From positions 32,001-96,000 of the forward strand of contig CAVQFQ010000006.1 of the NCBI GenBank assembly GCA_963711835.1: a DNA stretch of 64,000 nucleotides, in the 5' to 3' direction. The translations under genes and the position numbers were made by a program. The notes beneath the pieces are model-generated. The model was not told the DNA's origin. It saw nothing but the letters and a program-made list of their open reading frames with translations, and did no database searches. The stretch comes from an uncultured delta proteobacterium. Lineage in GTDB: Bacteria > Desulfobacterota > RBG-13-43-22. Every line of letters begins with the position of its first letter. Within the stretch, counting starts at the first letter, position 1. Below, piece after piece: positions 1-10,477 of the stretch.

Positions 1-819
1 GATCTCGGCTGGCTCCAGGTGGACGAACCCTTCAGCAGACTGCTGACCCAAGGCATGGTTATCAAAGACGGCTCAAAGATGTCCAAATCCAAGGGAAATG
101 TGGTGGATCCGGATGAACTGATCCGCAGGTATGGAGCCGATACGGTGCGTCTTTTTTGCCTCTTCGCTTCACCTCCGGAACGAGACCTGGATTGGAATGA
201 CCAGGGGGTGGAAGGATCTTTCCGCTTTCTGCACCGGGTTTGGAATCTGGTCCGGGAAAGCCAGGGCGAAAATCAACCAGGCCTTATTTCGAAAGAAAAC
301 CCGGCCCTGGAAGGTTCGGCCCGGAGCCTCCGTCTAAAAGTAAATCAGACCATAAAAAAGGTCACCGAGGACATTGAGGAACGGTTTCATTTTAATACGG
401 CCATCAGTGCCATAATGGAACTGGTCAATGCCGCCTATCTCTTCCGAGCTGAGGCTTCTCAGTCTCCGGCTGCGGCCGGGATCCTGTCCAAAGCTGTTAA
501 AACCATTTTGATTCTTCTTTCCCCGATTGTTCCCCATCTGTGCGAAGAACTCTGGGAAACCCTGGGAAACGAGGGCAGCGTTCAGAAGCAGCCCTGGCCC
601 GGGTGGGATCCGGAAGCCTTAACCGAAGACGAGCAGGTGATCGTGATCCAGGTAAACGGGAAGTTGCGTTCCCGGATGGTGGTAGGAGGTTCTATCGGGG
701 AGGAAGAGATCAAAGCCTCGGCCTTGAATCAGACCCGAATCAGAGAATGGCTTCAGGGGAAAGAAGTGGCCAAGGTCATCCTGGTCCCCAAGAAACTGGT
801 TAATATTGTGGTTAAATAA
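1..819 (+). CDS. leuS: Leucyl-tRNA synthetase, C-terminal part (5' end outside window)
   Basis: KMSKSKGN motif, YGADTVRLF, FNTAIS and the typical IQVNGKLR...KLVNIVV end. Confidence 0.97.
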   Translation, partial: DLGWLQVDEPFSRLLTQGMVIKDGSKMSKSKGNVVDPDELIRRYGADTVRLFCLFASPPERDLDWNDQGVEGSFRFLHRVWNLVRESQGENQPGLISKENPALEGSARSLRLKVNQTIKKVTEDIEERFHFNTAISAIMELVNAAYLFRAEASQSPAAAGILSKAVKTILILLSPIVPHLCEELWETLGNEGSVQKQPWPGWDPEALTEDEQVIVIQVNGKLRSRMVVGGSIGEEEIKASALNQTRIREWLQGKEVAKVILVPKKLVNIVVK

Positions 820-880
820 GGCTCAAGCGGAAAAGGTGGTCTGGATGAGCCCTCATGAATAAGGGGCTAAGGGAGGGTTT

Positions 881-1411
881 GTGAAACCTAAAAAGTACGG
901 AAAAGCACTGGCAATCTTCAGTCTCTTCATGATGATCGGGTTTTCAGGGTGCGGGTATGGCTTCCGCGGTACGGTGAATAATCTGCCGCCGGATATTAAG
1001 GAGATCGCCATCCCGGTTTTTGTCAACGAGACCAACGAACCGGGCGCCGAAATCGTTTTCGCCAATGCCTTGGTTTATGAATTTGCTCGGAGCCGCATTC
1101 TGAAGGTGGTTCCCGAATCAGAAGCCCAGGCCGTGCTGAACGGAAAGATAAAAGCGGTAACGGTGGATTCGGTGATCTATGCCACTACCAGCCAGTCTTT
1201 GGAGAGAAGGGTTACCCTGATCATAGAGGTTACCTTCAAGAGGGCCGACAACCAGAAGATCATCTGGCAGAATTTGGGCCTTGTAAGATATGAAACGTTC
1301 ACGGCGAGTGTCGACCCCTCTCAAACCGACCGAAACAAGGAAGAGGCCATCAAGAAAATAGCCAAGGACCTTTCCGAAAGGATCCACAACGGGATTTTGG
1401 AGAACTTTTAA
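881..1411 (+). CDS. lptE: LPS assembly lipoprotein LptE family
   Basis: Lipobox FSGCGY; conserved position downstream of leuS. Confidence 0.85.
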   Translation: MKPKKYGKALAIFSLFMMIGFSGCGYGFRGTVNNLPPDIKEIAIPVFVNETNEPGAEIVFANALVYEFARSRILKVVPESEAQAVLNGKIKAVTVDSVIYATTSQSLERRVTLIIEVTFKRADNQKIIWQNLGLVRYETFTASVDPSQTDRNKEEAIKKIAKDLSERIHNGILENF

Positions 1412-1692
1412 GCCTTGGAGGCAGCCTGATCCGATAACTTGTGGAGCTTCTTTGAGAGCCTGGAAATCTTGCGGGAAGCGGTTCGGGCATGCAAAATTCC
1501 TTTAGAGCCGGCGCGATCGATTAGGGAGGCGGCTTGGCGGAGGGCTGGCCCGGCGGCCTCGATGGACCCGGCCTCCACGGTTTGCTGATATTTCTTAACG
1601 ACCGTCTTAATCCTTGATTTCATGCTGGAATTTCTCAAACGGCGTATCTCGTTTTGTTTTGCCCTCTTGAGGGCCGAAGGATGGTTCGCCAA
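1408..1692 (-). CDS. rpsT: 30S ribosomal protein S20
   Basis: MANHPSALKRAKQNEIRRLRN...KGILHARTASRKISRL. Confidence 0.97.
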   Translation of the reverse strand: MANHPSALKRAKQNEIRRLRNSSMKSRIKTVVKKYQQTVEAGSIEAAGPALRQAASLIDRAGSKGILHARTASRKISRLSKKLHKLSDQAASKA

Positions 1693-1785
1693 GGGAGGCC
1701 TCCTTTGATAAAAAATAAAAGCTTAATCATACTATTTTTTTTCAAAATGTCAATTTATTTGTTATAGTACCAGGATTAAAGGATT

Positions 1786-1861
1786 GGGGATGTAGCTCAG
1801 ATGGGAGAGCGGTACGTTCGCAACGTACAGGCCGGGGGTTCGATCCCCCCCATCTCCACCA
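1786..1861 (+). tRNA. tRNA-Ala (anticodon CGC)
   Basis: 76-nt cloverleaf GGGGATG...CATCTCCACCA with G3:U70; anticodon arm GTACG-TTCGCAA-CGTAC; GTTCGA T-loop; encoded CCA. Confidence 0.97.
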
Positions 1862-1954
1862 AAACCCCTGAAGTCCTCTAAGAACGGAGTGCTTAAAAAT
1901 CACCTAACGTTGGGACAAACTCCAGAATGTTCAAACGGAACGGTTTAAAGGAAC

Positions 1955-2554
1955 ATGAGTAAAAAGAAGGGAAGAACGGCCATCATTATCCGGGAGACCC
2001 GGGAGACTCAAATCCGTCTGGAACTTGCTCTCGACGGCACGGGAAAGGCTGCCATTCATTCCCCGATCCCTTTTCTTAACCATATGTTGGAACTGATGAC
2101 TCACCACGGCCATCTGAATTTGTCCATCAAGGCCCAGGGGGATATTGATGTGGGCTTTCACCACAGTGTCGAAGATATCGGGCTGTGTTTGGGCGAGGCC
2201 TTCAACCGTTGCTGGGGGGATTTAAAAGGGGTTCAACGGTATGGGAGTGCCTTGTTGCCCATGGATGAAGCCTTGGTTCTGGTGGCCCTGGATCTTTCCA
2301 AGCGCCCCCATCTAAGCTACGATTGGAAACCCCGTAAAGTCCGGCTAGAAGGGTTTGACACGGCTCTGATCAAGGAATTTTTCCAGGCCCTGGTAAACCG
2401 GGCCGGAATGACGCTGCACCTGAAGGTGTTGTCCGGAGAAAATATCCACCATATCATTGAAGCGATGTTCAAAGGTTTTGGAAGGGCCCTAAATCAGGCG
2501 ACCCGGTACCAGCGAGGACTGAAAGCCGTTCCATCAACCAAAGGGATTCTGTAA
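1955..2554 (+). CDS. hisB: Imidazoleglycerol-phosphate dehydratase
   Basis: FLNHML, HHSVEDIG, PMDEAL and NIHHIIEAMFK motifs; PSTKGIL end. Confidence 0.97.
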   Translation: MSKKKGRTAIIIRETRETQIRLELALDGTGKAAIHSPIPFLNHMLELMTHHGHLNLSIKAQGDIDVGFHHSVEDIGLCLGEAFNRCWGDLKGVQRYGSALLPMDEALVLVALDLSKRPHLSYDWKPRKVRLEGFDTALIKEFFQALVNRAGMTLHLKVLSGENIHHIIEAMFKGFGRALNQATRYQRGLKAVPSTKGIL

Positions 2555-3210
2555 TGCAAAAATTGATCTGCTGCTGTTTGATTCTCCTTTTCGGGACGGC
2601 CTTTTCCGGGCCCCTTAAGGCGGAAAGCCTCCCGAATCCGGTTCGGGTGGCTGTTGTTCCTTTCCAGTCTGAATCGGCTCCAGATCGGGATTATATCCGT
2701 TGCCGGGCTTGCGGTGCGATCCTGAAAAGCGGGCCGATTGAAGGAGACCCGACGCCTCTCCTGACTGAAATGATCTGGCATCTGCTCCTGGAACGGGGGA
2801 AGGGATATGAGTTCATCAGCCCCGGCCAAGTGGAAGGAGTTTACAATACCTTGTTGGCCAAGGGTTTCGAAAGGAATACCGGCCTCTTGATGCAGTCCCT
2901 GGGAAAACAGATAAAGGCCGATTATATACTCTGGGGTGCGGTAACGCATTATCAGGAAAGGCAAGGCACCCCGTTCGCCGCCCAGCGTCCGGCCGCAGCC
3001 ACCCTGGATGTTCATCTTTTAAAGGTCCAAGATGGGGCTTTGGTCTGGAAGGCCCACTGGTCGGAAACCCAGAAATCCCTCTCGGAAAATCTTTTTGAGA
3101 TAGAGGCCTTCCTGAAGAGAAAGGCGCGCTGGGTAACCGTGGAAGAGCTCTCTCACCAGGGTTTGGAGGAGATGCTGAAAACCTTTCCGCCGGCCGATAC
3201 CCTGCGATGA
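2554..3210 (+). CDS. Exported hypothetical protein (CxxC; possibly CsgG/GNA1162-like)
   Basis: Signal peptide, VAVVPF motif, CRAC; start overlaps hisB stop. Confidence 0.6.
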   Translation: MQKLICCCLILLFGTAFSGPLKAESLPNPVRVAVVPFQSESAPDRDYIRCRACGAILKSGPIEGDPTPLLTEMIWHLLLERGKGYEFISPGQVEGVYNTLLAKGFERNTGLLMQSLGKQIKADYILWGAVTHYQERQGTPFAAQRPAAATLDVHLLKVQDGALVWKAHWSETQKSLSENLFEIEAFLKRKARWVTVEELSHQGLEEMLKTFPPADTLR

Positions 3211-3250
3211 ATCCGACAAGCCCAAAGAGGCTGATTCTTTCAGGCCGACC

Positions 3251-4003
3251 ATGATCATTATCCCGGCTGTAGATATAAAAGGCGGCAAATGTGTCCGCCT
3301 CCGCCAGGGACGAGCCGATCAGGAAACCGTTTTTTCAGACCATCCCCTGGAAATGGCCTTAAAGTGGCGCCAGGAGGGGGCTGAGCGTCTTCATATCATT
3401 GACCTGGATGGGGCTTTTGAAAAAAGGCCCCGGAATGAATCCATTATTCAAGAAATCGTCCGGGAGGCGGGTATCCCGGTCCAACTGGGGGGAGGTATCC
3501 GGGACCTGCATACGATCCAAGCCTATCTTTCCCTTGGTTTGTCCCAGGTCATTCTGGGAACCGTAGCCTTAAAAGAACCGGACTTGGTCAAGGAGGCCTG
3601 CCGGCTCTTCCCGGGCCGGATCATGGTCAGCTTAGACGCCCGGGATAATCGGCTGGCTGTCGAAGGTTGGACCGAATGGAGCGATCGTGATCCGCTGGAT
3701 CTGGTGAAGCCCTATCAAGACTGGGGAGTAAGGGCCATTATCTTCACCGATATTCGACGGGATGGGACCCAGAAAGGTCCGGCTATCCGTTCCACCCGGA
3801 GACTGGTACGGTCTACCAAGCTCCCGGTTATCGCTGCCGGTGGAATTGCGACCTTGAAGGATATCCAACGGTTAGCCCCTTTAGAACCGGAGGGGTTGGC
3901 CGCGGTCATAAGCGGTAAAGCGCTCTATTCGGGTTCCCTGGATCTCGCCCAGGCCATTGACTGGTTAAAAAAAAATACCCTCCCTTTCCCGGATTTTCCT
4001 TGA
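3251..4003 (+). CDS. hisA: ProFAR isomerase HisA
   Basis: IPAVDIKGGKCVRLRQG, LHIIDLDGA, QLGGGIR, TDIRRDGT. Confidence 0.97.
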   Translation: MIIIPAVDIKGGKCVRLRQGRADQETVFSDHPLEMALKWRQEGAERLHIIDLDGAFEKRPRNESIIQEIVREAGIPVQLGGGIRDLHTIQAYLSLGLSQVILGTVALKEPDLVKEACRLFPGRIMVSLDARDNRLAVEGWTEWSDRDPLDLVKPYQDWGVRAIIFTDIRRDGTQKGPAIRSTRRLVRSTKLPVIAAGGIATLKDIQRLAPLEPEGLAAVISGKALYSGSLDLAQAIDWLKKNTLPFPDFP

Positions 4004-4028
4004 CGGGTACCCATTGAACAATTATATT
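4000..4028 (+). promoter_or_regulatory. Sigma70-type promoter for yqeY-dnaG-rpoD
   Basis: TTGACG-17 bp-TATATT. Confidence 0.6.
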
Positions 4029-4117
4029 AGTAAGGTTAAACAAAATCTTATAGTTAACCTGGGCGAAACCCCCGATTCCGGCCGGTTCAACTAACCAGGC
4101 ACGGGTCTTGTTGCTTC

Positions 4118-4567
4118 ATGTCCCTTAGCGAAGAGATAGAAAGAGAATACCTAAAGGCCTATAAGAACCAGGACAAATTAACGGTCTCGGTTCTGAGGAT
4201 CCTCCGAGCTTATTTAAAAAATAAGCAGGTTGAACAACGGGGAAAATTAGAGGAAGCGGAAAGTTTGGCTGTCCTCAGGGGGTTGATACGACAGGGTAAA
4301 GAGTCAATTGAACAGTTTTCAAAGGGCGGACGGCAGGACTTAGTTGAAAAAGAGAAGGCCGAACTGGAGGTATTATCCGCCTTTTTGCCGACCCAGGCCC
4401 CGGTGGAGGAAATAGATCAGATCATTGAACAGGTCATCCGGGAGGTAAAGGCCGTTACCCTGAAGGATATGGGAAAGGTCATGAAACCGGTTATGACCCG
4501 TCTGGCTGGAAGAGCCGACGGCCAAATGATCCAGGCCAAGGTCAAGGAAAAACTTTCCCAAGGATAG
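4118..4567 (+). CDS. GatB/YqeY domain protein
   Basis: ESIEQFSKGGRQDL, KDMGKVMK, GRADG; usual position before dnaG. Confidence 0.93.
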   Translation: MSLSEEIEREYLKAYKNQDKLTVSVLRILRAYLKNKQVEQRGKLEEAESLAVLRGLIRQGKESIEQFSKGGRQDLVEKEKAELEVLSAFLPTQAPVEEIDQIIEQVIREVKAVTLKDMGKVMKPVMTRLAGRADGQMIQAKVKEKLSQG

Positions 4568-4698
4568 CGTCCGACACGGTCCTCTTCCCGAGGGATCGAG
4601 GATTAGAGGCTGTGGTTCTAAACGGATGGTTATCTGCCTTTAGATTCTTAAAATTTGTTTTCCTATCCTGACTTCTTTTTTACACATTCCAGGAAGCA

Positions 4699-6495
4699 TT
4701 GATGTCACAGGCCCCTTTTATTCCCGAAACCGTGATCGCTCAAATCAAAGATACGGCCAACATCGTCTCCATGATTTCCGAGTTTGTGTCTTTAAAAAAA
4801 GTCGGGCGTAATTTTCAGGGCCTGTGTCCTTTTCATGCCGAAAAGACTCCCTCTTTTATGGTTAATGAGGAGAAACAGATCTTCCATTGTTTCGGGTGCG
4901 GTCTGGGCGGCAATATTTTTACCTTTCTTATGAATGTTAACCATCTGACCTTTCCGGAGGCCGTCAGCGATCTGGCCCGGCGGTTTCATATAGCCATCCC
5001 GGAAACATCCTCTTTCAAAACGCTCCCGGTTCGGGACCAGGTGAAGGAAGAATTAAGAACCCTGCAGGGCCAGGCTGCGGAGTTTTTTCATCATCTGTTA
5101 ATGAAGGAGAAGGCCGGGCAAAAGGCTCGGGAGTATTTGCGTCACCGGGGGATGACCGGGAAAATCGCCCAGGATTTCCTTTTGGGTTATGCTCCCGAAG
5201 GATGGGAAACCCTGGCCACCTTTTTTAAAAAAAAGAAAGTTCCGGAAGGGCTCCTGGAGCAGTCCGGTTTAGTGATTAAAAGGGAAAAAGGGAACTTCTA
5301 CGATCGGTTTCGGAACCGCTTGATCTTTCCTATTCTGGATGAGCAAAAACGGGTGATCGGGTTTGGGGGGCGGGCCCTGGGCCCCGAATCACCCAAGTAT
5401 TTGAATTCGCCGGAATCCCCTCTTTTTAGCAAAAGCCGGGTGCTGTACGGCCTTCCCCAGGCCCAGGCCTCGATACGAAGCCGAAACCAGGTCGTGCTGG
5501 TCGAGGGCTACTTCGATCTCTTATCCCTTCACCTGCATGGTTTTACCCAGGCCGTGGCCACCATGGGGACGGCCCTGGGAGCCACCCGGATCAGACGATT
5601 AAAAGGGATGGCCCAGGATATTATTCTGCTCTTTGACGGGGATCCTCCCGGTATCCAGGCGGCCTTACGCTCCGTGCCCCTCTTTCAGGAGGAGGGGGTC
5701 TCGGCACGAATCAAGGTCCTGCCTCCCGACACCGATCCGGACAGCTTCCTTTTCCAGGTGGGGCCAAAGAAATTTTCAGATGAACTCCAACTGGCCGTGC
5801 CCATGATGACTTTTTTCCTTGATCAGCAGATCCAGGAGGGCATCAGCACGGTCAAGGATCAGGCCAGGGTGATAGACCGGTTGATTCCCACCCTTAACGG
5901 ACTGGTCTCCGAGGTGGAACGGGGGTACTACGTTTCTCAGGTGAGTCAAAAGTTAAACGTGTCCGAAGCGGTCCTCTGGCGGGCCTTAAAGTCTCAGAGG
6001 GCGGGGAGCAAAGGTTCCGGCGGGATGGAGCATTTTCTTTCCGGGGTGCAGGTGAAAGGGTTGGAGTGGCGGATCATCGAAGCCTTGCTGCGGATTCCGG
6101 AGGCCCTGCCCATACTCCGAAACAGGGATCTGGAGAAGATTCTGGAATCAACCGAGGCCCGGACGATCTATAAAATGATGCTGGCCATGGCTGAAGCAAA
6201 GGGGAACGTGAATCCCAGCCTCTTAGTCAACGGCCTGGAAGATCAATCTCTGAAGAACCTGGTGGCGGCCCTGGCCATTCAGGAATTTATCACCCAGAAG
6301 GATGAAAAGGTCTTTTTGTCCGACCTATTGAAGAAAATCCAGATGCGGACCTTGCAGGACCGGCAGAAGGCCCTTTCCCAGGAGATCAGTGCCAAAGAGA
6401 AATTGGGCCTGACCGAGGAACTAAAATCGCTTTTGGCCTTGAAACAGGATTTGTTGCAAAGGAGAAAAGAACTCCTAATCTCTTCGAAAGGATAA
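4699..6495 (+). CDS. dnaG: DNA primase
   Basis: CHC2 Zn finger (CPFH...CFGC), DRFRNRLIFP, KYLNSPES, Toprim EGYFD/FDGD. Confidence 0.98.
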   Translation: MMSQAPFIPETVIAQIKDTANIVSMISEFVSLKKVGRNFQGLCPFHAEKTPSFMVNEEKQIFHCFGCGLGGNIFTFLMNVNHLTFPEAVSDLARRFHIAIPETSSFKTLPVRDQVKEELRTLQGQAAEFFHHLLMKEKAGQKAREYLRHRGMTGKIAQDFLLGYAPEGWETLATFFKKKKVPEGLLEQSGLVIKREKGNFYDRFRNRLIFPILDEQKRVIGFGGRALGPESPKYLNSPESPLFSKSRVLYGLPQAQASIRSRNQVVLVEGYFDLLSLHLHGFTQAVATMGTALGATRIRRLKGMAQDIILLFDGDPPGIQAALRSVPLFQEEGVSARIKVLPPDTDPDSFLFQVGPKKFSDELQLAVPMMTFFLDQQIQEGISTVKDQARVIDRLIPTLNGLVSEVERGYYVSQVSQKLNVSEAVLWRALKSQRAGSKGSGGMEHFLSGVQVKGLEWRIIEALLRIPEALPILRNRDLEKILESTEARTIYKMMLAMAEAKGNVNPSLLVNGLEDQSLKNLVAALAIQEFITQKDEKVFLSDLLKKIQMRTLQDRQKALSQEISAKEKLGLTEELKSLLALKQDLLQRRKELLISSKG

Positions 6496-6504
6496 GGAGC
6501 CCTT

Positions 6505-8250
6505 ATGTCGAAAGATACGACGATGGAAGATTTGAATAAAATGATTTCCTTAAATAAGGAAAAAGAATTTTTGGATTTAGAGGAAACCACTGAGGCCCTG
6601 CCTCCGGATCTGGTGGGAACCGAACCGATCGATGACATGATTTACTTGTTCGATGAGACCGATATTCAGATTTTGGAGGGCACTCCCCGCCTGCGATCCA
6701 AAGATAAAGTGGATGAAGACCGGGTGGAGGAAGAGGAAGAAGAAGAACTGAAGTGGGGCGTCGATACCGGAATCAAGACTAACGATCCCGTGAAAATGTA
6801 CTTAAAGGAAATGGGCTTTTATTCTCTCCTGACCCGGGAAGGAGAAGTGGAAATCGCCAAACGGATTGAGGAGGGACGGCATGAGGTCATTGACGCCCTT
6901 CTGGAATCCCAGGTCGGGATCAAAGAAATCCTGACCCTGGGGGAGAAATTCGACCAGGGGATCATAAAATTGAGAGAAATCGTCCGGGACATGGATGATG
7001 ATGATCCTTTTATCGAAACCGAAGCGCATCGGAAGAAAGTGCACCTGCTCTTCAGCGAGGTGGAGACCCTTTATGAGAAAAACAGGAAACTCCAGGATCG
7101 ATTGGGCCATGACCTGACTCCCTTAAAGAAAAGGAAGATCCGGGATCAGATTGAGGAGAACAAAAGGCTTATCGTGGAACGGCTTAAGGATCTGAGACTG
7201 GATAAAAGGCAGATTGATCGAATCATCAATAAGCTCAGGGGCTTTACGGATCGCATTGAAAAAGGGGAACGGGAAGTTCAGGATTGCGTCAACAAGACCT
7301 GCCTCCCTCTCCTCGATTTAAAAAAATCCCTGCGTAAATTAAAACGAGAAGGACAGGCCCGATCCCTGACCCGTTCCACTAAGCTTCCCAAGGAGATCCT
7401 CTTGGAGTTGGATAAAAAAATCCGTAACGGGGAGCGAAAGATCCGGCGGGTGGAGCAGGAGTCGAAGATGACCGCCAAATCCCTCAAGAAAATTCTGAGG
7501 CAGGTGGAGGAGGGAGAGGAAAAGGCCCGGGAAGCCAAAGCCGAGTTGATCGAGGCCAATCTGCGGCTGGTGGTCAGCATTGCCAAGAAGTACACCAATC
7601 GGGGGCTGCAGTTCTTAGACCTGATCCAGGAAGGTAATATCGGCTTAATGAAGGCGGTGGATAAATTTGAATATCAACGAGGCTATAAATTCAGTACCTA
7701 CGCCACTTGGTGGGTCCGCCAGGCCATTACCCGGGCCATCGCCGACCAGGCCCGAACCATCCGCATCCCGGTCCATATGATTGAAACCATCAATAAATTG
7801 ATTCGGACGGCCCGCTATCTGGTCCAGGAATTGGGCCGGGAACCCACGCCCGAAGAAATAGCCGAGAGGATGGAGTATCCTTTGGATAAGGTACGCAAGG
7901 TTCTTAAAATCGCCAAAGAGCCCATTTCCCTGGAAACTCCGATCGGAGAGGAAGAAGACAGCCATCTGCGAGATTTCATCGAGGACAAGAAAATCCTGTC
8001 TCCCTCGGAAGCGGTGATCAAGTTAAATCTCTCCGAACAGACGCGCCGGGTCCTGTCTACCCTGACCCCCCGGGAGGAGAAGGTCCTGCGCATGCGCTTC
8101 GGGATCGGTGAAAAGGCCGACCATACCCTCGAGGAGGTGGGCCGGGATTTTGATGTGACCCGGGAACGGATCAGGCAGATTGAGGCCAAGGCCTTGCGCA
8201 AACTCCGCCACCCCAGCCGAAGCAAACGGCTCAAGGCCTTTGTAGAATAA
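6505..8250 (+). CDS. rpoD: RNA polymerase primary sigma factor
   Basis: [58 protein letters not shown]. Confidence 0.98.
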   Translation: MSKDTTMEDLNKMISLNKEKEFLDLEETTEALPPDLVGTEPIDDMIYLFDETDIQILEGTPRLRSKDKVDEDRVEEEEEEELKWGVDTGIKTNDPVKMYLKEMGFYSLLTREGEVEIAKRIEEGRHEVIDALLESQVGIKEILTLGEKFDQGIIKLREIVRDMDDDDPFIETEAHRKKVHLLFSEVETLYEKNRKLQDRLGHDLTPLKKRKIRDQIEENKRLIVERLKDLRLDKRQIDRIINKLRGFTDRIEKGEREVQDCVNKTCLPLLDLKKSLRKLKREGQARSLTRSTKLPKEILLELDKKIRNGERKIRRVEQESKMTAKSLKKILRQVEEGEEKAREAKAELIEANLRLVVSIAKKYTNRGLQFLDLIQEGNIGLMKAVDKFEYQRGYKFSTYATWWVRQAITRAIADQARTIRIPVHMIETINKLIRTARYLVQELGREPTPEEIAERMEYPLDKVRKVLKIAKEPISLETPIGEEEDSHLRDFIEDKKILSPSEAVIKLNLSEQTRRVLSTLTPREEKVLRMRFGIGEKADHTLEEVGRDFDVTRERIRQIEAKALRKLRHPSRSKRLKAFVE

Positions 8251-8267
8251 GGAACGGAGATTGAAGG

Positions 8268-8296
8268 TTGACAATCCCCGTTAAATTGAATACATT
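8268..8296 (+). promoter_or_regulatory. Sigma70 promoter for the tRNA
   Basis: TTGACA-17 bp-TACATT about 30 bp upstream of the tRNA. Confidence 0.7.
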
Positions 8297-8327
8297 ACTT
8301 TCAATAGTGCGCACCGAAAATTGGATT

Positions 8328-8403
8328 GGGCCCATAGCTCAGTTGGAAGAGCCACCGGCTCATAACCGGAAGGTCCCTGGTTCGAGGCCAGGTGGGCCCA
8401 CCA
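8328..8403 (+). tRNA. tRNA with CAT anticodon, most likely tRNA-Ile2 (lysidine-modified)
   Basis: 76-nt cloverleaf GGGCCCA...TGGGCCCACCA with loop CTCATAA; Ile-type acceptor stem; position after rpoD as for E. coli ileX. Confidence 0.9.
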
Positions 8404-8523
8404 ACCAGGACTCCTGGCGGTCGAAACACAGGAGCGGTTCCTTCGCTAAAGAAGGCTTGACCCTGATCGTATGAAATCTGAAATCATTTTCAATCCCAAT
8501 CCCCGGATGACTCGGGGCCGATG

Positions 8524-8556
8524 AAGGGTGCAGCCGGCAGTCTGCACCCTTTTTTA
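8524..8556 (+). terminator. Rho-independent terminator
   Basis: AAGGGTGCAG-loop-CTGCACCCTT followed by a T run. Confidence 0.75.
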
Positions 8557-8607
8557 TTTGGGGTGCCGGCTTTTAAAAATTATAAACCAAACCTCTCTTT
8601 TTGAAAA

Positions 8608-9726
8608 ATGGCGGTCAAAGTTCGGGAGATACAATCCTGGCTGGAATCCCGGTTTCCTCCCTCTTGGGCAGAGGAATGGGATCAGATCGGTTTACAATTG
8701 GGAGATCCGGACCAGCCGGTGAGGCGAATCGGGGTGGCCTTGGAGGCCAGCCCCGGATCGGTTTCCTGGGCTGTTACCAACAGGCTGGATCTGATCATTT
8801 CCCATCACCCTCTTTTTTTCGCCCCCATTCGGGCCTTGACTTCCTCAACCGACCCGGGACCAACCGCCCTGACCCTGATCCGTGAGAAGGTGGCTCTCCT
8901 GGTGGCCCATACCAATCTGGATGCGGCCCCGGAAGGAGTCAGCACCGCTCTGGCCCGCCGTTTAGGATTAGCCGGTCTGGTCCCTTTGGAAAAAAAAACG
9001 GCCGACCTGGTCAAACTGGTGGTTTTTATACCCCTGGGCTATGAAGAAAAAATTGCCTCTCTTCTGGATTTTCCCGGTGTCGGCCGTATCGGGTCTTATC
9101 GCGGTTGTAGCTTTAAAGTAAGAGGGGAGGGGACTTTTTTGCCGGAAGAGGGTAGCCGACCCTTTAAGGGGCATCCCGGGCAAAGGGAGAGGGCCGCGGA
9201 ATGGCGCCTGGAAGTCCAGGTGGAGCGGAATCGGCTATCGGATCTTCTGAGAAAAATCCGCTTACAGCATCCTTATGAGGAAATGGCCTATGACGTCACC
9301 CCGCTTGAAAACCGAGCGCAGCAGGTGGGGATAGGCCGGATAGGCCATTATGATCCCCCTTGTTCCTGGGGGTCCCTCGTTAAAAAAATCAAACAGGAGG
9401 TCGAGGCCCCCTCCATCCGGGTCAGCGGGAAAATTCCAGCGGCGATTCAAAAGGTGGCCGTATGCGGCGGTTCGGGGGGGAAACTGATCCCGGCTGTTCT
9501 GGCCTCCGGGGCCGACGTTTTTATTTCCGGGGAGATCGGCTACCATCCCGTAGTAGCGCTCCAAGGGAAACCTCTGACGCTGATAGAGATCGGCCATTAC
9601 CCTTCGGAAAAGTGGGTACTTCCTCCTCTGCGCCGGGCCTTATCCCAAGCCAATCGGGACCAGGGCTGGGGTGTCGAAGTCAAGGAATTCAGGAAAAAGG
9701 GCGATCCTTATTCCCGATATTATTAA
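8608..9726 (+). CDS. Nif3-like dinuclear metal centre protein (YbgI/YqfO type, PII-like insert)
   Basis: WDQIGLQLGD, SHHPLFF, HTNLD, HPYEE, AVCGGSG, GHYPSE. Confidence 0.93.
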   Translation: MAVKVREIQSWLESRFPPSWAEEWDQIGLQLGDPDQPVRRIGVALEASPGSVSWAVTNRLDLIISHHPLFFAPIRALTSSTDPGPTALTLIREKVALLVAHTNLDAAPEGVSTALARRLGLAGLVPLEKKTADLVKLVVFIPLGYEEKIASLLDFPGVGRIGSYRGCSFKVRGEGTFLPEEGSRPFKGHPGQRERAAEWRLEVQVERNRLSDLLRKIRLQHPYEEMAYDVTPLENRAQQVGIGRIGHYDPPCSWGSLVKKIKQEVEAPSIRVSGKIPAAIQKVAVCGGSGGKLIPAVLASGADVFISGEIGYHPVVALQGKPLTLIEIGHYPSEKWVLPPLRRALSQANRDQGWGVEVKEFRKKGDPYSRYY

Positions 9727-9746
9727 GATCATTCTGGAGAGAATCC

Positions 9747-10475
9747 ATGCAGGAACAACTGGATTATCTGGTAACATTACAGGAAATTGACCGGGCCATT
9801 CAGGAGGCCATCGCCAACGCCGAGGCCAATCCGAAGAGGATCGAAGCCATCGTCATCGAGATCCAAGAGGCTCAGGACTCCTTTCAACTTTTTCTGCAAG
9901 GGGTTGACGACTTGAAGAAACAGAGAAAAGGGTTGGAAAAGGAAATCGATGAGCTGGATCAAAAGATTAAAAAAAGCCAGTTGCGATTGATGGAGGTCAA
10001 GAACAACAAAGAATATAAGGCCATGCTGACCGAAATCGAGGAAACCAAAAAGGGGAAAGGCGAAAAAGAAGATCAGCTGCTGGAACTGCTGGAGAAGTTG
10101 GAGGAGAAGACCCAAAAGGGAAAGGAATTAAAAAAATCCCTGGAGAAGAAAACGGAAGAGGCCCAAAATAGAAAAGGGGAGCTGGAAAAAGAAGGCAAGG
10201 ATGTTTCCCGGAAGCTCTCGGCCTTGGACCGAAAACGGAAAGAGCTCATTCCCCGGGTCGATTCCGCTTTGCTGAAACAATACGAGTTTTTAAAAGATCG
10301 TTTAAAAGGGGTGGCTGTCGTTGAAGTAAAAGAGTACGCCTGTTTGGGTTGTCATATGCAAATCCCACCCCAGCTTTATAATGAATTGCATCGTCAGGAT
10401 CGGATCATCGCCTGCCCCAGTTGTCTCCGGATTCTCTATTATAAAGTGAATCCGGCTGCCGGGGGGGAGGCCTAA
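9747..10475 (+). CDS. Coiled-coil C4 Zn-ribbon protein (DUF164 family)
   Basis: Start ATG at 9747 (MQEQLDYL); long coiled coil; CLGCHM...CPSCLRIL; conserved nif3-DUF164-rnhA-rnpB order. Confidence 0.9.
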   Translation: MQEQLDYLVTLQEIDRAIQEAIANAEANPKRIEAIVIEIQEAQDSFQLFLQGVDDLKKQRKGLEKEIDELDQKIKKSQLRLMEVKNNKEYKAMLTEIEETKKGKGEKEDQLLELLEKLEEKTQKGKELKKSLEKKTEEAQNRKGELEKEGKDVSRKLSALDRKRKELIPRVDSALLKQYEFLKDRLKGVAVVEVKEYACLGCHMQIPPQLYNELHRQDRIIACPSCLRILYYKVNPAAGGEA

Positions 10476-10477
10476 TC

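Noticed and set aside
8268-8474. Track ORFs overlapping the tRNA here and rnpB (10836-11270, 10975-11211)
   Set aside because: Shadow ORFs over structural RNA genes.
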